DNA from: an uncultured Armatimonadetes bacterium
Lineage (GTDB): Bacteria > Armatimonadota > UBA5829 > DTJY01
Reading direction: 5' to 3'
Length of the DNA stretch: 64,000 nt
Assembly (NCBI GenBank): GCA_963717145.1
Contig: OY970325.1
Coordinates: 4,800,001-4,864,000 of the forward strand
Shown: positions 37,380 to 47,791 of the stretch, one piece after another
Layout: every line of letters starts with the position of its first letter
Position numbering within the stretch: the stretch's first letter is position 1
Notes under the pieces: model-generated
Databases searched by the model: none
Seen by the model: the letters and a program-made list of their open reading frames with translations, nothing else
What the model was told of the DNA's origin: nothing
Position numbers and translations under genes: made by a program

Positions 37380-38979
37380 ATGACGCCGACGAGACGCGAG
37401 TTCATGAAATCGATGGTGGGCCTCACGGGGGCGCTTGCACTGGGGGAGACGACATTGTCAGCAGAGCCAATGACGAAGAAGCCGAACGTCCTGTTCATCA
37501 TGTGCGATCAACTGCGAGCCGACGCAATCGCCGCGCTCGGGAATCCGCACATCTACACGCCGAACTTCGACCGCCTGGTCAAGCGAGGGATCACGTTCAC
37601 TCAGGCGTACTCCACCTGTCCGGTGTGCGTCCCGGCGAGGTATACGATCCGCACGGGATGCGAGCCGCCTACCACCGCCACCTATGACAACGGCGCGGAG
37701 AACCTCGTGCCCGGGCAGCCGGCGGAGATGGAGGCGCGCTGCGGGAAGTATCTCGCTCGCACGATGAAGGAGTTGGGATATCGGACGTTCCACGTGGGCA
37801 AGTCGCATACGCATCCGAGGTACGAGGACATCGGCTTCGACGTGCATCTGCGGAGTGAGGAGCTGTACAGCTCGCCTGAGGTGCGCGCGCAGGACGCCTA
37901 TGCCGCGTTCATCGAGAAGGAGCACCCGGAATACGCGTGGGTCGAGGCGTTGATGGGCGAGCGCACGGAGATGTACTATCAGCCGCAGATGAGCCCGCTC
38001 CCGGCGGAACTCGGCGTCGAGGCGTGGGCGGCTGATCGGGCGGTCGAGCAGATTCAGGCGGGCGGAGATAAGCCGTACTTCGGGTTCGTGTCATTTGTCG
38101 GACCGCATCCTCCGTTCGCCCCGCCACAGCCGTTCAACCGCATGTACAATCCCGACCGCATGCCGAATCCGATCAGGGGCGACATCGCGATCGATCACAT
38201 GGACGAGCAGATTCCATGGATGAACTACGTCATCTGGGCTGAGGACATCAACGATACTCAGGCGCGGACGCTCAAGGCGCGGTACTACGGCGAGATCACG
38301 TACATCGACCAGTGCGTCGGGCGGATTCTCGACGCGGTCGAGGCGAGCCCTCACGCCGACAACACGCTCATCTGCTTCTTCTCCGACCATGGCGATCACA
38401 TCGGCGATCACAACGCCTTGCAGAAGGAGACGTTCTTCGAGGCGTTCGGCGAACGTGCCGTTCCTGGTCAGTTGGCCGAACCGCCTGCCGAAGGGATCGA
38501 AGCGCGAGGAACTCGTCTGCCTGACCGACCTCTTCGGGATCGCCACTCATGCCGCCGGACGCACGGAGGTCCGCGAGGGAGTCGATGTCCTGGGGATCGT
38601 GGAGGGGAAGTCGGAGCCGAGGGAGCACGTGATCGGCTATCACTGCCATCCGGAGACGCCCTGGTTCAGGATCATGGTGCGGGACAAGGAGTGGAAGTAC
38701 ATCTATATGACGAACGGCGGGCGCGAGCAGCTCTTCAATGTCAGGGAAGACCCGAACGAGCTTCATCAGCGCCTGACGGATCGGCCCGAGGTGGCGACCC
38801 GGCTCCGACAGGTCGCGGTCGAGGCGCTCTCGAAGCCGAACGCGGACCGCGCGCTCGATGGCCGTTCACTCCGAAGTGTCGACTACCGCAAGAGGCCCGC
38901 GACGAGGATCTACCAGTTCGACCGCTCGCACGGAGTCACCGGCTTCCCCGAGCATCCAGGCGATCTGCTGCACGACTAG
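37380..38979 (+). CDS. Tat-exported sulfatase, apparent +1 frameshift near 38445
   Basis: TRREFMK, PNVLFIMCDQLR, CVPARY, SDHGD; removing one T restores FFEASANVPFLVSWP. Confidence 0.87.
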
Positions 38980-39668
38980 GATCCCGCCTCTTCGCTGTCC
39001 CAGTTGCGCGCGCCTTTGACCGACTTGTAGAGGGAGAGAACCTTCACCGCCAGCTCCTTGTGTCGCTTGAGGACGCCCTCCTGCTTAGAGGCCACGTGGC
39101 GCACGTCCTCGGCAAGCTGGTTCAGGAGGTCGGTGTACTTGCGCACATCTTCGGGATGATTGTGGAGGAGCATCTTGATCTCCTCGGCGGCATTCGAGGC
39201 CATCTTCACGGACGGACCCTGCGGGACCTGCGCGCAGACGGCGATGACGTCGACCAGGAACTGCCGATACTCCTCCTCACGCTTATTCATCCGGGAGACC
39301 ATGTAGAGCGCGTGGTCGAGAAGCTGGTCGAAGGCATGGGGATCGGCCTCGATCGACTCGGGACTGTCCTTGAGCGTGCCCTTGATGAAGTCGATGCAGC
39401 CGCACACGTCGCGGAACTTCGTGACACCTTCCTCGGCGGCCTCATCGGAGGAGACGAGTTGCAAACCCCGATAGGTCTCCTCGTAGCGCGCCTTGGGAAG
39501 CTCGATCGCGCCGCCGTCCTCGAACATGATCAAAGGCGGCTCATTGTGGCCGCGCTTCTCGATGTGCGCGTCGCCTCTTTCGACCGTCTCGATGACCTTC
39601 TCGACGTGCGGCGACGGCGGAAGCCACCGCTTGTTCACATCCAGGATCTCTTCAGGCGTCTTGCTCAT
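38976..39668 (-). CDS. Hypothetical protein, largely helical
   Basis: 230-aa ORF with typical codon bias and RBS GAGGA. Confidence 0.75.
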   Translation of the reverse strand: MSKTPEEILDVNKRWLPPSPHVEKVIETVERGDAHIEKRGHNEPPLIMFEDGGAIELPKARYEETYRGLQLVSSDEAAEEGVTKFRDVCGCIDFIKGTLKDSPESIEADPHAFDQLLDHALYMVSRMNKREEEYRQFLVDVIAVCAQVPQGPSVKMASNAAEEIKMLLHNHPEDVRKYTDLLNQLAEDVRHVASKQEGVLKRHKELAVKVLSLYKSVKGARNWDSEEAGS

Positions 39669-39702
39669 GATTCCTCACTCCCCACTCTACACTCAACACT
39701 CG

Positions 39703-40999
39703 TCACTTGTACGTCTCCCAGCCCCAGGGCGGGTCGGCACTCAGATCGATCCCGAAGCCCTCGAACTCCTTACCCATGTCGCGGCCGAACATCGCCGAGA
39801 AGATGCCTGCGTAGGTCCTCATCCGCTCGGTCTTCGATGCGCGATGGAGCGGGTAGTCCATCTGCCTGACCGTCGCGAAGAAGTCGGGCCACATACGGTC
39901 GCCGTATTCAGTCCGAAGCTTCAGGAACACATCGTTCAGTATCCGAGTGAACAAGACACCCCACGGGTACTTTTCGGGATCGGGGTTCTTTCGACCTGCC
40001 GCCAGGTACGCCTTATGGGTTTCGTCCCACTGCTTGTGCTCCGGCAGCCAGAATTTCATCAGCGATTTCTTTGGAGACGAGCGTGCGCACGATGTCCTCC
40101 TGGACCGCGACTCCGAGCGCTTCATAGGTGCCGTCGCACTTGTAGTATGACTTGAAGCCGTGCGACATCTCCTCCGTACAGCCGGCGAAGCCGCGGACGT
40201 TACCTGTGCCGTACTGCTTCCACCTGTCGAGCGCTTCCGTCGTGTACCCGATCGTACCCATGCCGCTGATGCCGCCCCATCCGCGCTTGTGACCCGGAGG
40301 GTAGAACTCGATGGAGAACCTGAAGAGCGGATCCATTCCGTAGATGTCGCGCATCTCCCCATAGGCCTTCTCAAGGAACGCTGACAGCGTCTTCGCCTCC
40401 GCCGCGTATGCCTCCGGAGCGAACACGCAGATGTGCGCCGACTCGACCATCGTTCCCTTTGCCCCGAGCGCCTTCTCGTATGCCGCAAGCGATCCGATCG
40501 ACTCGTAGCAGAGCGGCTGGTATTCCCCGGCATCGACAGGCGACAGACGGATGCCCGCCAGTTCGACGGAGCTGGAATACTCGGGAAGTGACTCGATCTC
40601 AAGGACGTGCTCCGATCCGGCGGCGAGCTTGACGGTGAAGTTATCGCGCTGCCAGAAGTAAGGGAGGCGCGTGCTGTCGAGGGTACGGCTCACGCCCGCC
40701 GGGATGCCGTCGATGCTGACCGCGAACTTGTCCGGGCCCTGGGAGCCGCCGGTCCAGACGACTGAGAGCTTCCGGCGGTCACCGCCGGCGTCGGTGAACT
40801 TGATGCAGATCGTCTTGACGCCGAGTTCGTTGAGGTACCTGGGGAACTTGAGGGCTTCGTCCCCGATCTGAACGGTCACCACCTCGTCTAGCACGGGCGG
40901 CCGCTCAGGTCTGGCGTCATCCCTGCGGATCTCCCAGGCCCCCTGGGCGACCGACGAACTGATGATGAGAAACAAACCCAGTACTGCACATGAGCGCAT
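39703..40999 (-). CDS. Secreted hypothetical protein with a metallopeptidase-like EExxH domain, apparent frameshift near 40055
   Basis: Signal peptide; CTEEMSHGF...TYEALG; continues as FWLPEHKQW...YGDRMWPDFF in a second frame. Confidence 0.65.
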
Positions 41000-41069
41000 T
41001 GCGCTCCTCCTGTCATGGCATCGGACTCCATGCCTGTTTCTCATATGAGTCCGACACTCCTCGAGACCT

Positions 41070-42341
41070 TCAGGGCTTCACTGTGACCTCGCGGACGAGG
41101 ATAGCTTTTCTGTGGCCGCTCTCAGTCGAGTGCTTGAAGTGCGAGTAGACGATCAGGAAGCTGTCCGGGCCGGTTGTGAGCAGGCCGGTGTATCCGCAAG
41201 TGTCGGCGCTGACACTATCGGAGGTGATAGGAACGATATCAAACGGGTCAGTCCACTTCTGGCCCTTGCCGTCCGTGCAGAAGCGCAATTGAACGCCCGG
41301 GCGGCCTGCCGCGAGCACAAGGACTCCGTTCTTCAGGCGCAGGAGCCTCGGGAGCACTCCGTTGGGTGTGAACGCCTTCGGTGTGGACCAAGTCTTGCCG
41401 TCGTCCTTCGATCGGCTGGAGTACATCGGGCCGACGCTCGAGTCGGTTGTGCGCATGACGCAGAGGAGCGATCCGTCCGCGAGCACCTCGTATGCCGGCT
41501 CGGTGTATCCGCCTCGCTTGTCGCCAATCGGATCGGCCTTCAGGTCGGGCTGATAGGTGATGCGTCCCTGAATCTTCCAACTGCGGCCTGAGTCGGTCGA
41601 GCGGTAGAAGAACACCCCGCCCTTATCCTCTATCGTCCCATCGTCGCGCACGTAGCGGCCCGGGTAGATCCCCGCGATGACCGAACCATCGGATACAACG
41701 TGCATATCGCCCCACCAGACGATCGGGAAGACGTCGCGCAGGCTGTACCTCAAGGCCTGTGGATCGTCGAGCGCCGCGTGTTCGATGCGCGGCTCGGTCG
41801 ACCCCTTGGCAATCCGGCTGATTCGTATCGTACTGAGCTTGGGTGACAGGTCGCCGAGCCGATAGAGCCTCGTTCCCGGCTTGACCGGTTCGGGCAGCCG
41901 AAGGTTCTTGAGACCGTATGGCCTGGGGGTCGAGATTTCGATCCGATCGCCGTTCGGGAGCAGTAGGCCCGTGACGCCGAGCGGATCGGTGTGCGCCGTC
42001 CATGTCTTGCCGACATCGGATGAGACCATAGTCGGATTCGGCAAGCCATAGCTCTCCGCGGCATCGGTTGTCATGTTGTACTTGACGGCAATACTGCCAT
42101 CCGCCCAGCGCGCGATCGATGGGAACTGGAAGAAGCCCCACTTGTACTCCTGGTCGGCCACCGCGATGACAACAGGCGCGTCGATGTCGACATGCACCGA
42201 AGGCTTGCCTCTGCGGACGTAGTCGGCTGAGTAAGCGCCATAGGCCTCGATCTTCTTCTCGTCCATCGTCGTCTCCGATCCGGTTGCCGTCGATCCGGCG
42301 ATCATCAGAATTGCCAGCGGTATCAGGTAACGAACGTGCAT
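41070..42341 (-). CDS. Secreted BNR/Asp-box (sialidase-fold) protein, paralogue 3
   Basis: STDSGRSW, SKDDGKTW, TEP, TCGYT. Confidence 0.85.
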   Translation of the reverse strand: MHVRYLIPLAILMIAGSTATGSETTMDEKKIEAYGAYSADYVRRGKPSVHVDIDAPVVIAVADQEYKWGFFQFPSIARWADGSIAVKYNMTTDAAESYGLPNPTMVSSDVGKTWTAHTDPLGVTGLLLPNGDRIEISTPRPYGLKNLRLPEPVKPGTRLYRLGDLSPKLSTIRISRIAKGSTEPRIEHAALDDPQALRYSLRDVFPIVWWGDMHVVSDGSVIAGIYPGRYVRDDGTIEDKGGVFFYRSTDSGRSWKIQGRITYQPDLKADPIGDKRGGYTEPAYEVLADGSLLCVMRTTDSSVGPMYSSRSKDDGKTWSTPKAFTPNGVLPRLLRLKNGVLVLAAGRPGVQLRFCTDGKGQKWTDPFDIVPITSDSVSADTCGYTGLLTTGPDSFLIVYSHFKHSTESGHRKAILVREVTVKP

Positions 42342-42353
42342 CAGGTTCCTCCG

Positions 42354-43649
42354 TCAGAGCGGCTTCACGGTGACTTCGCGGACGAGGATAGCCTTCCTCG
42401 GGCCGCTCTCAGTCAGGTGCTTGAAGTGCGAATAGGCGATGAGAAAGCTGTCCGGGCCGGTCGCGAGCAGGCCGGTGTATCCGCATGTGTCGGCGCCCTT
42501 GCCGCCGGGAATGACCGGAACCATCTCGAATGGGTCGGTCCACTTGTCGCCCTTGCCGTCGATGCAGAAGCGCACCTGCACGCCCGGACGGCCGGATGCG
42601 AGCACCAGTACCCCGTTCTCCAGGCGCAGGAGTCTTGGGAGCACGCCGTTCGGGGCGATCACCCTCGGCTTGGACCAAGTCTTGCCGTCGTCCTTCGATC
42701 GGCTGGCGTACATCGGACCGACGCCATTGCCGTCATTCGTCCGCATGGCGCAGAGGACCGATCCATCGGCGAGAACCTCAGAGCCAGGTTCCGTGAAACC
42801 CTCGCGCTTGTCGCCCTTCGGATCAGCCGTCATGTCGGGCCGATACAGAATCCTTCCCTGAATCGCCCAACTCCGGCCACTATCGGTCGAACGGTAGAAG
42901 AAGACATGGCCTTTGGTGTCCATCGTACCGTCATCGAGCAGCCGGTAACCCGGGTAGATGCCGGCGAGGATCGACCCATCGGACGCCAGCCGCAGATCGC
43001 CCCACCAGATGATCGGGAAGACGTCCCGCACGCTGTACCTCAACGCTTGCGGATCGTTCACGACCGCGTGCTCGGTGACTGCACGGTCCGCTCCCTTTGC
43101 GAGTCGGCTGATGCGGATTGTTTGGAGCTTCGGCTGGAGGTCGGTCAAGCGATACGTGATGTACTTTGCGCCGCCGTAGGTGCTGCTGAAGACGCCGACC
43201 GGTTCCGGCAGCCGGAGGTCGGCCACGTTGTATGGCTTCGGGGTCACGACTTCTATCCGGTCGCCGTTCGGGAGGAGCAGACCGGAGTCGCCCGACTTGC
43301 CGTCGAAGGGAGTCCAAGTCTTGCCTCGGTCGCGCGAGATCATGGTCGGGCGGGGACTGCCGTAGCTCTCTGTGGCATCAGCGGCGGCATTGTAGGTCAC
43401 GCAGATCGTGCCGTCCGCCCATTCGCATATTGCCGGGAACTGATACCATCCGTTTTTCGCCGGGGTATCGGACTTGGCGATTACCTGTGGCTCCGCGAAT
43501 TCGACCGAAACCGACGGCTTGCCCTTGCGGACATAGTCGGCTGAGTAAGCGTCATATGCCTCGATCTTGTTGTCCATCGTCGTCTCCGATCCGGCTGAGG
43601 GCAGTCCGATCATCACAATGGCCGGTAGTATCAGGCAGCAAATGTGCAT
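42354..43649 (-). CDS. Secreted BNR/Asp-box (sialidase-fold) protein, paralogue 2
   Basis: SRDRGKTW, STDSGRSW, SKDDGKTW, TCGYT. Confidence 0.85.
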   Translation of the reverse strand: MHICCLILPAIVMIGLPSAGSETTMDNKIEAYDAYSADYVRKGKPSVSVEFAEPQVIAKSDTPAKNGWYQFPAICEWADGTICVTYNAAADATESYGSPRPTMISRDRGKTWTPFDGKSGDSGLLLPNGDRIEVVTPKPYNVADLRLPEPVGVFSSTYGGAKYITYRLTDLQPKLQTIRISRLAKGADRAVTEHAVVNDPQALRYSVRDVFPIIWWGDLRLASDGSILAGIYPGYRLLDDGTMDTKGHVFFYRSTDSGRSWAIQGRILYRPDMTADPKGDKREGFTEPGSEVLADGSVLCAMRTNDGNGVGPMYASRSKDDGKTWSKPRVIAPNGVLPRLLRLENGVLVLASGRPGVQVRFCIDGKGDKWTDPFEMVPVIPGGKGADTCGYTGLLATGPDSFLIAYSHFKHLTESGPRKAILVREVTVKPL

Positions 43650-43661
43650 TGTTTCTCCATG

Positions 43662-44990
43662 TCAGAGCGGCTTCACGGTGACCTCACGGAGCTTGATCGC
43701 CTTGACGAGTTGGCCGTCATCGGCGGGATGCTTGAAGTGCGAGTAGGCGATCAGGAAGCTGTCCGGTCCGGTCGCGAGCAGACTCGTGTATCCGCATGTG
43801 TCTACATGGGGGTCCTTCTGGACCACCGGGACCATCTCGAACGGGTCGGTCCACTTGTCGCCCTTCCCGTCGGTGCAGAACCGCAGTTGGACACCCGGGC
43901 GGCCGGACGCGAGCACCAGTACGCCGTTCTCCAGGCGCAGGAGTTTCGGGAGGACGCCGTTCGGGGCGATCACTTTCGGCGCGGACCAGGTCCGGCCCAT
44001 ATCGGTCGAGCGGCTGGAGTACATCGGGCCGATGCCGACGCCGTCGGTCGTGCGGATGACGCAGAGGAGCGATCCGTCGGCCAGGACTTCGAAGGTCGGC
44101 TCACCGAATCCATCGCGCTTGTCGCCCTTCGGGTCCGCCCTGAGGTCGGGTTCGTAGAGGATGCGCCCCTGGAGCTTCCAACTGCGCCCATAGTCGGTCG
44201 AGCGGTAGAAGAAGATGTGCTTCCGCGGGTCCATGGTGCCGTCCTCGTAGAGACACGATCCGGGGTAGATGCCGGCGAGGATCGAACCGTCGGTGGCCAG
44301 GTGCAGATCGCCCCACCAGATGATCGGGAAGACGTCCCTGAGGCTGTATCTCAGCGATTGCGGATCGTCGACGACGGCATGCTCGGTCACGGCGTCCTCC
44401 GAGCCCTTCCGCAGACGCTTGATGCGGATCGTCTGCAACTTCGGCGAAAGGTCGGTCACGCGATACATGATGTATTTCATCCCGCCGTAGCTGCTGGTGA
44501 TAACCCCGATCGGCTCAGGGAGCTTCAGGTCCGTGACCTTATAGGGCTTCGGGGTCAGGACGCCGATTCGGTCACCGTTCGGGAGGAGCAGACCGGATGC
44601 GCCCCACTTGCCGGTGTGCAGCGTCCAGGACTTGCCCCGATCGCGCGAGGTCATCACGGGCCGGGGAGTGCCGTAGCTCTCGGCGGCGTCAGCGGCCGCG
44701 CTGTACGTGAGACAGAACGTGCCGTCCGCCCACGCGCCGAGAGAGGGAAACTGATACCATCCCCACTTCTCCGGCTTGTCGGACTTCGCGACGATCTGCG
44801 GCTCGGCGAAGTCCACTCTCACCGCTGACTTGCCCTTGTACTCGGTCGAGAGCGCGCCGTATGCCTCGATCTTCTTCTCGCTCATGGTTGCCTCCGAGTT
44901 GGCAGGAAATATGACCAAGCCTGCAATGACCAGCGTCATCAGCATCATTGACGACCTACATCGAATGTTGACGAGCCGTGGGGTTTCCAT
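43662..44990 (-). CDS. Secreted BNR/Asp-box (sialidase-fold) protein, paralogue 1 (start uncertain)
   Basis: SRDRGKSW, STDYGRSW, STDMGRTW, TCGYT. Confidence 0.85.
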   Translation of the reverse strand: METPRLVNIRCRSSMMLMTLVIAGLVIFPANSEATMSEKKIEAYGALSTEYKGKSAVRVDFAEPQIVAKSDKPEKWGWYQFPSLGAWADGTFCLTYSAAADAAESYGTPRPVMTSRDRGKSWTLHTGKWGASGLLLPNGDRIGVLTPKPYKVTDLKLPEPIGVITSSYGGMKYIMYRVTDLSPKLQTIRIKRLRKGSEDAVTEHAVVDDPQSLRYSLRDVFPIIWWGDLHLATDGSILAGIYPGSCLYEDGTMDPRKHIFFYRSTDYGRSWKLQGRILYEPDLRADPKGDKRDGFGEPTFEVLADGSLLCVIRTTDGVGIGPMYSSRSTDMGRTWSAPKVIAPNGVLPKLLRLENGVLVLASGRPGVQLRFCTDGKGDKWTDPFEMVPVVQKDPHVDTCGYTSLLATGPDSFLIAYSHFKHPADDGQLVKAIKLREVTVKPL

Positions 44991-45056
44991 GAGGTAAGAA
45001 TAGCAGTGAGGGCTATCGATGGTCAAGCAGATGCCCGCCGGGGTGGGATGAGAAAC

Positions 45057-45173
45057 CACCGTCAGTCCTGAGTTCGCCGGTGAATGACGGCGTGTAACGA
45101 AGGACGGCTCTGTACTACAAGGCCGTCCTTCGTTACACGCCGTCATTCACCGGCGAACTCAGGACTGACGGTG
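45057..45173. repeat. Hairpin family B, full copy 2
   Basis: Perfect 52-bp arms, 13-nt loop; arms differ from copy 1 by one compensated pair. Confidence 0.95.
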
Positions 45174-45214
45174 TGGGCCATCCGGGAAGCATAGTGAAGA
45201 ATCCGGCTGGGCGT

Positions 45215-47059
45215 CTACTGCCGGCCCGCACGTCGCCCGGCGAGTATTCGGTCCAGATCGCCGAGGATCCGCTTGCGGAACCGGAGCGCGTCCGGCGTCA
45301 CTTCGAGGAGTTCGTCATCGCCGATGAACGAGAGCGCCTGCTCCAGCGTGTAGATCCTTGGCGGTGTGATCATCACGGTCGCGTCTTCGGTCGAGGAGCG
45401 CATGTTGGTCTGTTTCTTCGCCTTGCAGACGTTCACGACCATATCGCCCGGCCGGGAGTTCTCGCCGACGACCTGGCCCTCGTAGACCTCGTCGCCCGGC
45501 GCGGTGAAGAACGCCGCCCGATCCTGGAGAGTGGCGATCGTGTAACTGGTCGCGCGACCGGTTTCCTTCGAGACGAGGCTGCCACGGGTCCGCAGGACGA
45601 TGTCGCCCCGGTGCGCGCCGTAGTACTTGAAGGTGTGCGACATCAGGCCGAGGCCCTTCGTCCACGTCAGGAAGTCCGTGCGGAATCCGATCAGTCCGCG
45701 AGTCGGCACATCGAAGACCAGGCGGTTGATGCCGACCTCGTCCTTGGTCATGTGGGTACACTCGCCCTTGCGGCGGGCGACCTCTTCCATGATCGTGCCA
45801 AGCGAATCGTCGTTGACGTCGATGATCAGCTCCTCGATCGGTTCGCAGAGCACGTGATCGATCGTCTTGGTGATCGCTCGCGGCTTGCTGACGGATACTT
45901 CGAAGCCCTCGCGCCGCATCGTTTCGAGCAGGATGGCAAGCTGGAGTTCGCCTCGTCCGGAGACATTGAGCGTGTCCGGCCTGTCGGTCGGCTCGACTCG
46001 CAGGCTGATATTGACCTTGGTTTCGCGATCGAGGCGGTTGGCGATGCTGCGCATCGTCACCCACTTGCCGCTCCGTCCGGCCCACGGGCTGTCGTTCACG
46101 ATGAAGTCCATCGAGACGGTCGGCTCGTCGATGTGAATCGGGTCGAGCGCCTCGGGGTTGTTGATATCAGCGATGGTCTCGCCGATATCGACGTGGTCGT
46201 AGCCGCTGAGCAGGACGATCTCGCCCGCCGACGCCTCCTCCACTTCGACCCGCTTGAGGCCGTCGTAGATGAACACTCTGGTCACAGAGAACGTATCAAT
46301 TGTGCCGTCGCGCTTCATGATGGCGACCGTTTCCGCTCGCCGTACCGTGCCTCTGAGGATCTTGCCGCCGAACATCCGACCGAGGTGGTCGTCGTAATCG
46401 AGGCTCGTCACCTGCAACTGGAACGGCATCCCCAACTCGGCGGTGGGAGGCGGCACATGCTTCATGATCATCTTGAACAGCGGGTCGATGTCCTTGGGCT
46501 TATCGGCCGGATCGTCGATGGCATAGCCGTCGGTTGCGGAGGCAAATATGTACGGGAAATCGAGCTGGTCCTCGTGGCATCCGAGTTCGATGAAGAGATC
46601 AAGCACTTCGTCGACGACCTCCCATGGGCGCGCGCCGGGCCGGTCGATCTTGTTGATGACGACGATTGGCTTCAGCTTCTGCTCGAGCGCCTTCTTGAGC
46701 ACGAACCGGGTCTGCGGCATCGGGCCTTCGCAGGCATCGACCAGCAGCAGGACGCCATCGACCGATCGGAGGATGCGCTCGACCTCGCCGCCGAAGTCGG
46801 AGTGGCCGGGCGTGTCTACGATGTTGATCTTCACGCCGTGGTAGTGGACGGCCGTGACCTTCGAGAGGATCGTTATGCCCTTCTCGCGCTCCAGGTCGTT
46901 CGAGTCCATCACGCGCTCGGCGACGATCTGGTTGAGGCGGAACGTGCCGCTCTGGCGCAGGATGACGTCAACGAGCGTCGTCTTCCCGTGGTCGACGTGT
47001 GCGATGATGGCGATATTGCGCATGTCCTCGCGGACTTGTGTTCTCGGTTCTGCAATCAT
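45215..47059 (-). CDS. typA: Translational GTPase TypA/BipA
   Basis: [53 protein letters not shown]. Confidence 0.97.
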   Translation of the reverse strand: MIAEPRTQVREDMRNIAIIAHVDHGKTTLVDVILRQSGTFRLNQIVAERVMDSNDLEREKGITILSKVTAVHYHGVKINIVDTPGHSDFGGEVERILRSVDGVLLLVDACEGPMPQTRFVLKKALEQKLKPIVVINKIDRPGARPWEVVDEVLDLFIELGCHEDQLDFPYIFASATDGYAIDDPADKPKDIDPLFKMIMKHVPPPTAELGMPFQLQVTSLDYDDHLGRMFGGKILRGTVRRAETVAIMKRDGTIDTFSVTRVFIYDGLKRVEVEEASAGEIVLLSGYDHVDIGETIADINNPEALDPIHIDEPTVSMDFIVNDSPWAGRSGKWVTMRSIANRLDRETKVNISLRVEPTDRPDTLNVSGRGELQLAILLETMRREGFEVSVSKPRAITKTIDHVLCEPIEELIIDVNDDSLGTIMEEVARRKGECTHMTKDEVGINRLVFDVPTRGLIGFRTDFLTWTKGLGLMSHTFKYYGAHRGDIVLRTRGSLVSKETGRATSYTIATLQDRAAFFTAPGDEVYEGQVVGENSRPGDMVVNVCKAKKQTNMRSSTEDATVMITPPRIYTLEQALSFIGDDELLEVTPDALRFRKRILGDLDRILAGRRAGRQ

Positions 47060-47187
47060 AGTCAGTCGTCAGTTCTCAGCTATCAGTCAAACCGTCCCGA
47101 CGACGGGAGTCGTCGGGGAGTACAAACGCGAAAACGGCCAAAGCTCCTCGCGGAACCTGGCCGCTGGTCTTAATCTTATCTTCCATC

Positions 47188-47217
47188 ATTATAACGGATC
47201 CGAACTGGTTTTGTCAA
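47188..47217 (-). promoter_or_regulatory. Sigma70 promoter of typA
   Basis: TTGACA-18 nt-TATAAT. Confidence 0.8.
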
Positions 47218-47266
47218 GCTCTGTTCGCGATTGCTCGTGGCCACTCACGGATCAGCCAGGCGAGTG

Positions 47267-47791
47267 TCATAGCAACCAGCGAATGACTTGGATCAGACCG
47301 ATCACGGCTAGCGCGGCAGAGAGAGTCCAAAGAAGCATACATCCGATGGGAAAGATGCGATCGCGAAGCTTGCGAGCAGGTCGCGTCACCCATTCTGCCC
47401 TGGACTTCGTGCCATACCGCGGGTATTCCCCGTACTTGCGCATCGATTCCTGCTGGAGGCTCAAGAGCCGCTGTCGCGGGAACTCCGGCAACTGATCGAT
47501 ATCGCCTCGAAACTTCAGCATCCGAAGTATGAACGTGGGGTCTTTGTGCACGGAACCTTCGAACGCAGCAACCGCTTCCTGCATCTCAGGGTTCTTGTGT
47601 TCCTCGAGGTACCAGTAGCGCCCGGCCATCTCGGGGAACTGCAGCCTCCAGAGTATCTCCGCGAGCATAGATCTCAACGACAGGTCGTTCGGATTGGCAG
47701 CGATCAGTCCGTGCAGCCGGTCCCGCGCCTTGCCAAGTCGCCCGCTCTCGATATCCGTTCTGACCCTATGCAGTGGAGACCGATGATTCAC
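47267..47791 (-). CDS. Conserved hypothetical protein (DUF6584-like) with C-terminal TM helix
   Basis: GKARDRLHGLI...AGRYWYL; GTG start overlaps the upstream stop. Confidence 0.65.
   Translation of the reverse strand: MNHRSPLHRVRTDIESGRLGKARDRLHGLIAANPNDLSLRSMLAEILWRLQFPEMAGRYWYLEEHKNPEMQEAVAAFEGSVHKDPTFILRMLKFRGDIDQLPEFPRQRLLSLQQESMRKYGEYPRYGTKSRAEWVTRPARKLRDRIFPIGCMLLWTLSAALAVIGLIQVIRWLL

Noticed and set aside
38447-39869. C-terminal half of the 856-aa ORF 37299-39869
   Set aside because: Out-of-frame read-through after the sulfatase frameshift, antisense to the real gene at 38976-39668.
45173-47173. Long antisense ORFs (here opposite typA; also 27629-30079, 52255-54048, 10048-11817, 23218-24900)
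   Set aside because: Shadow ORFs expected from high-GC codon bias opposite well-supported genes.
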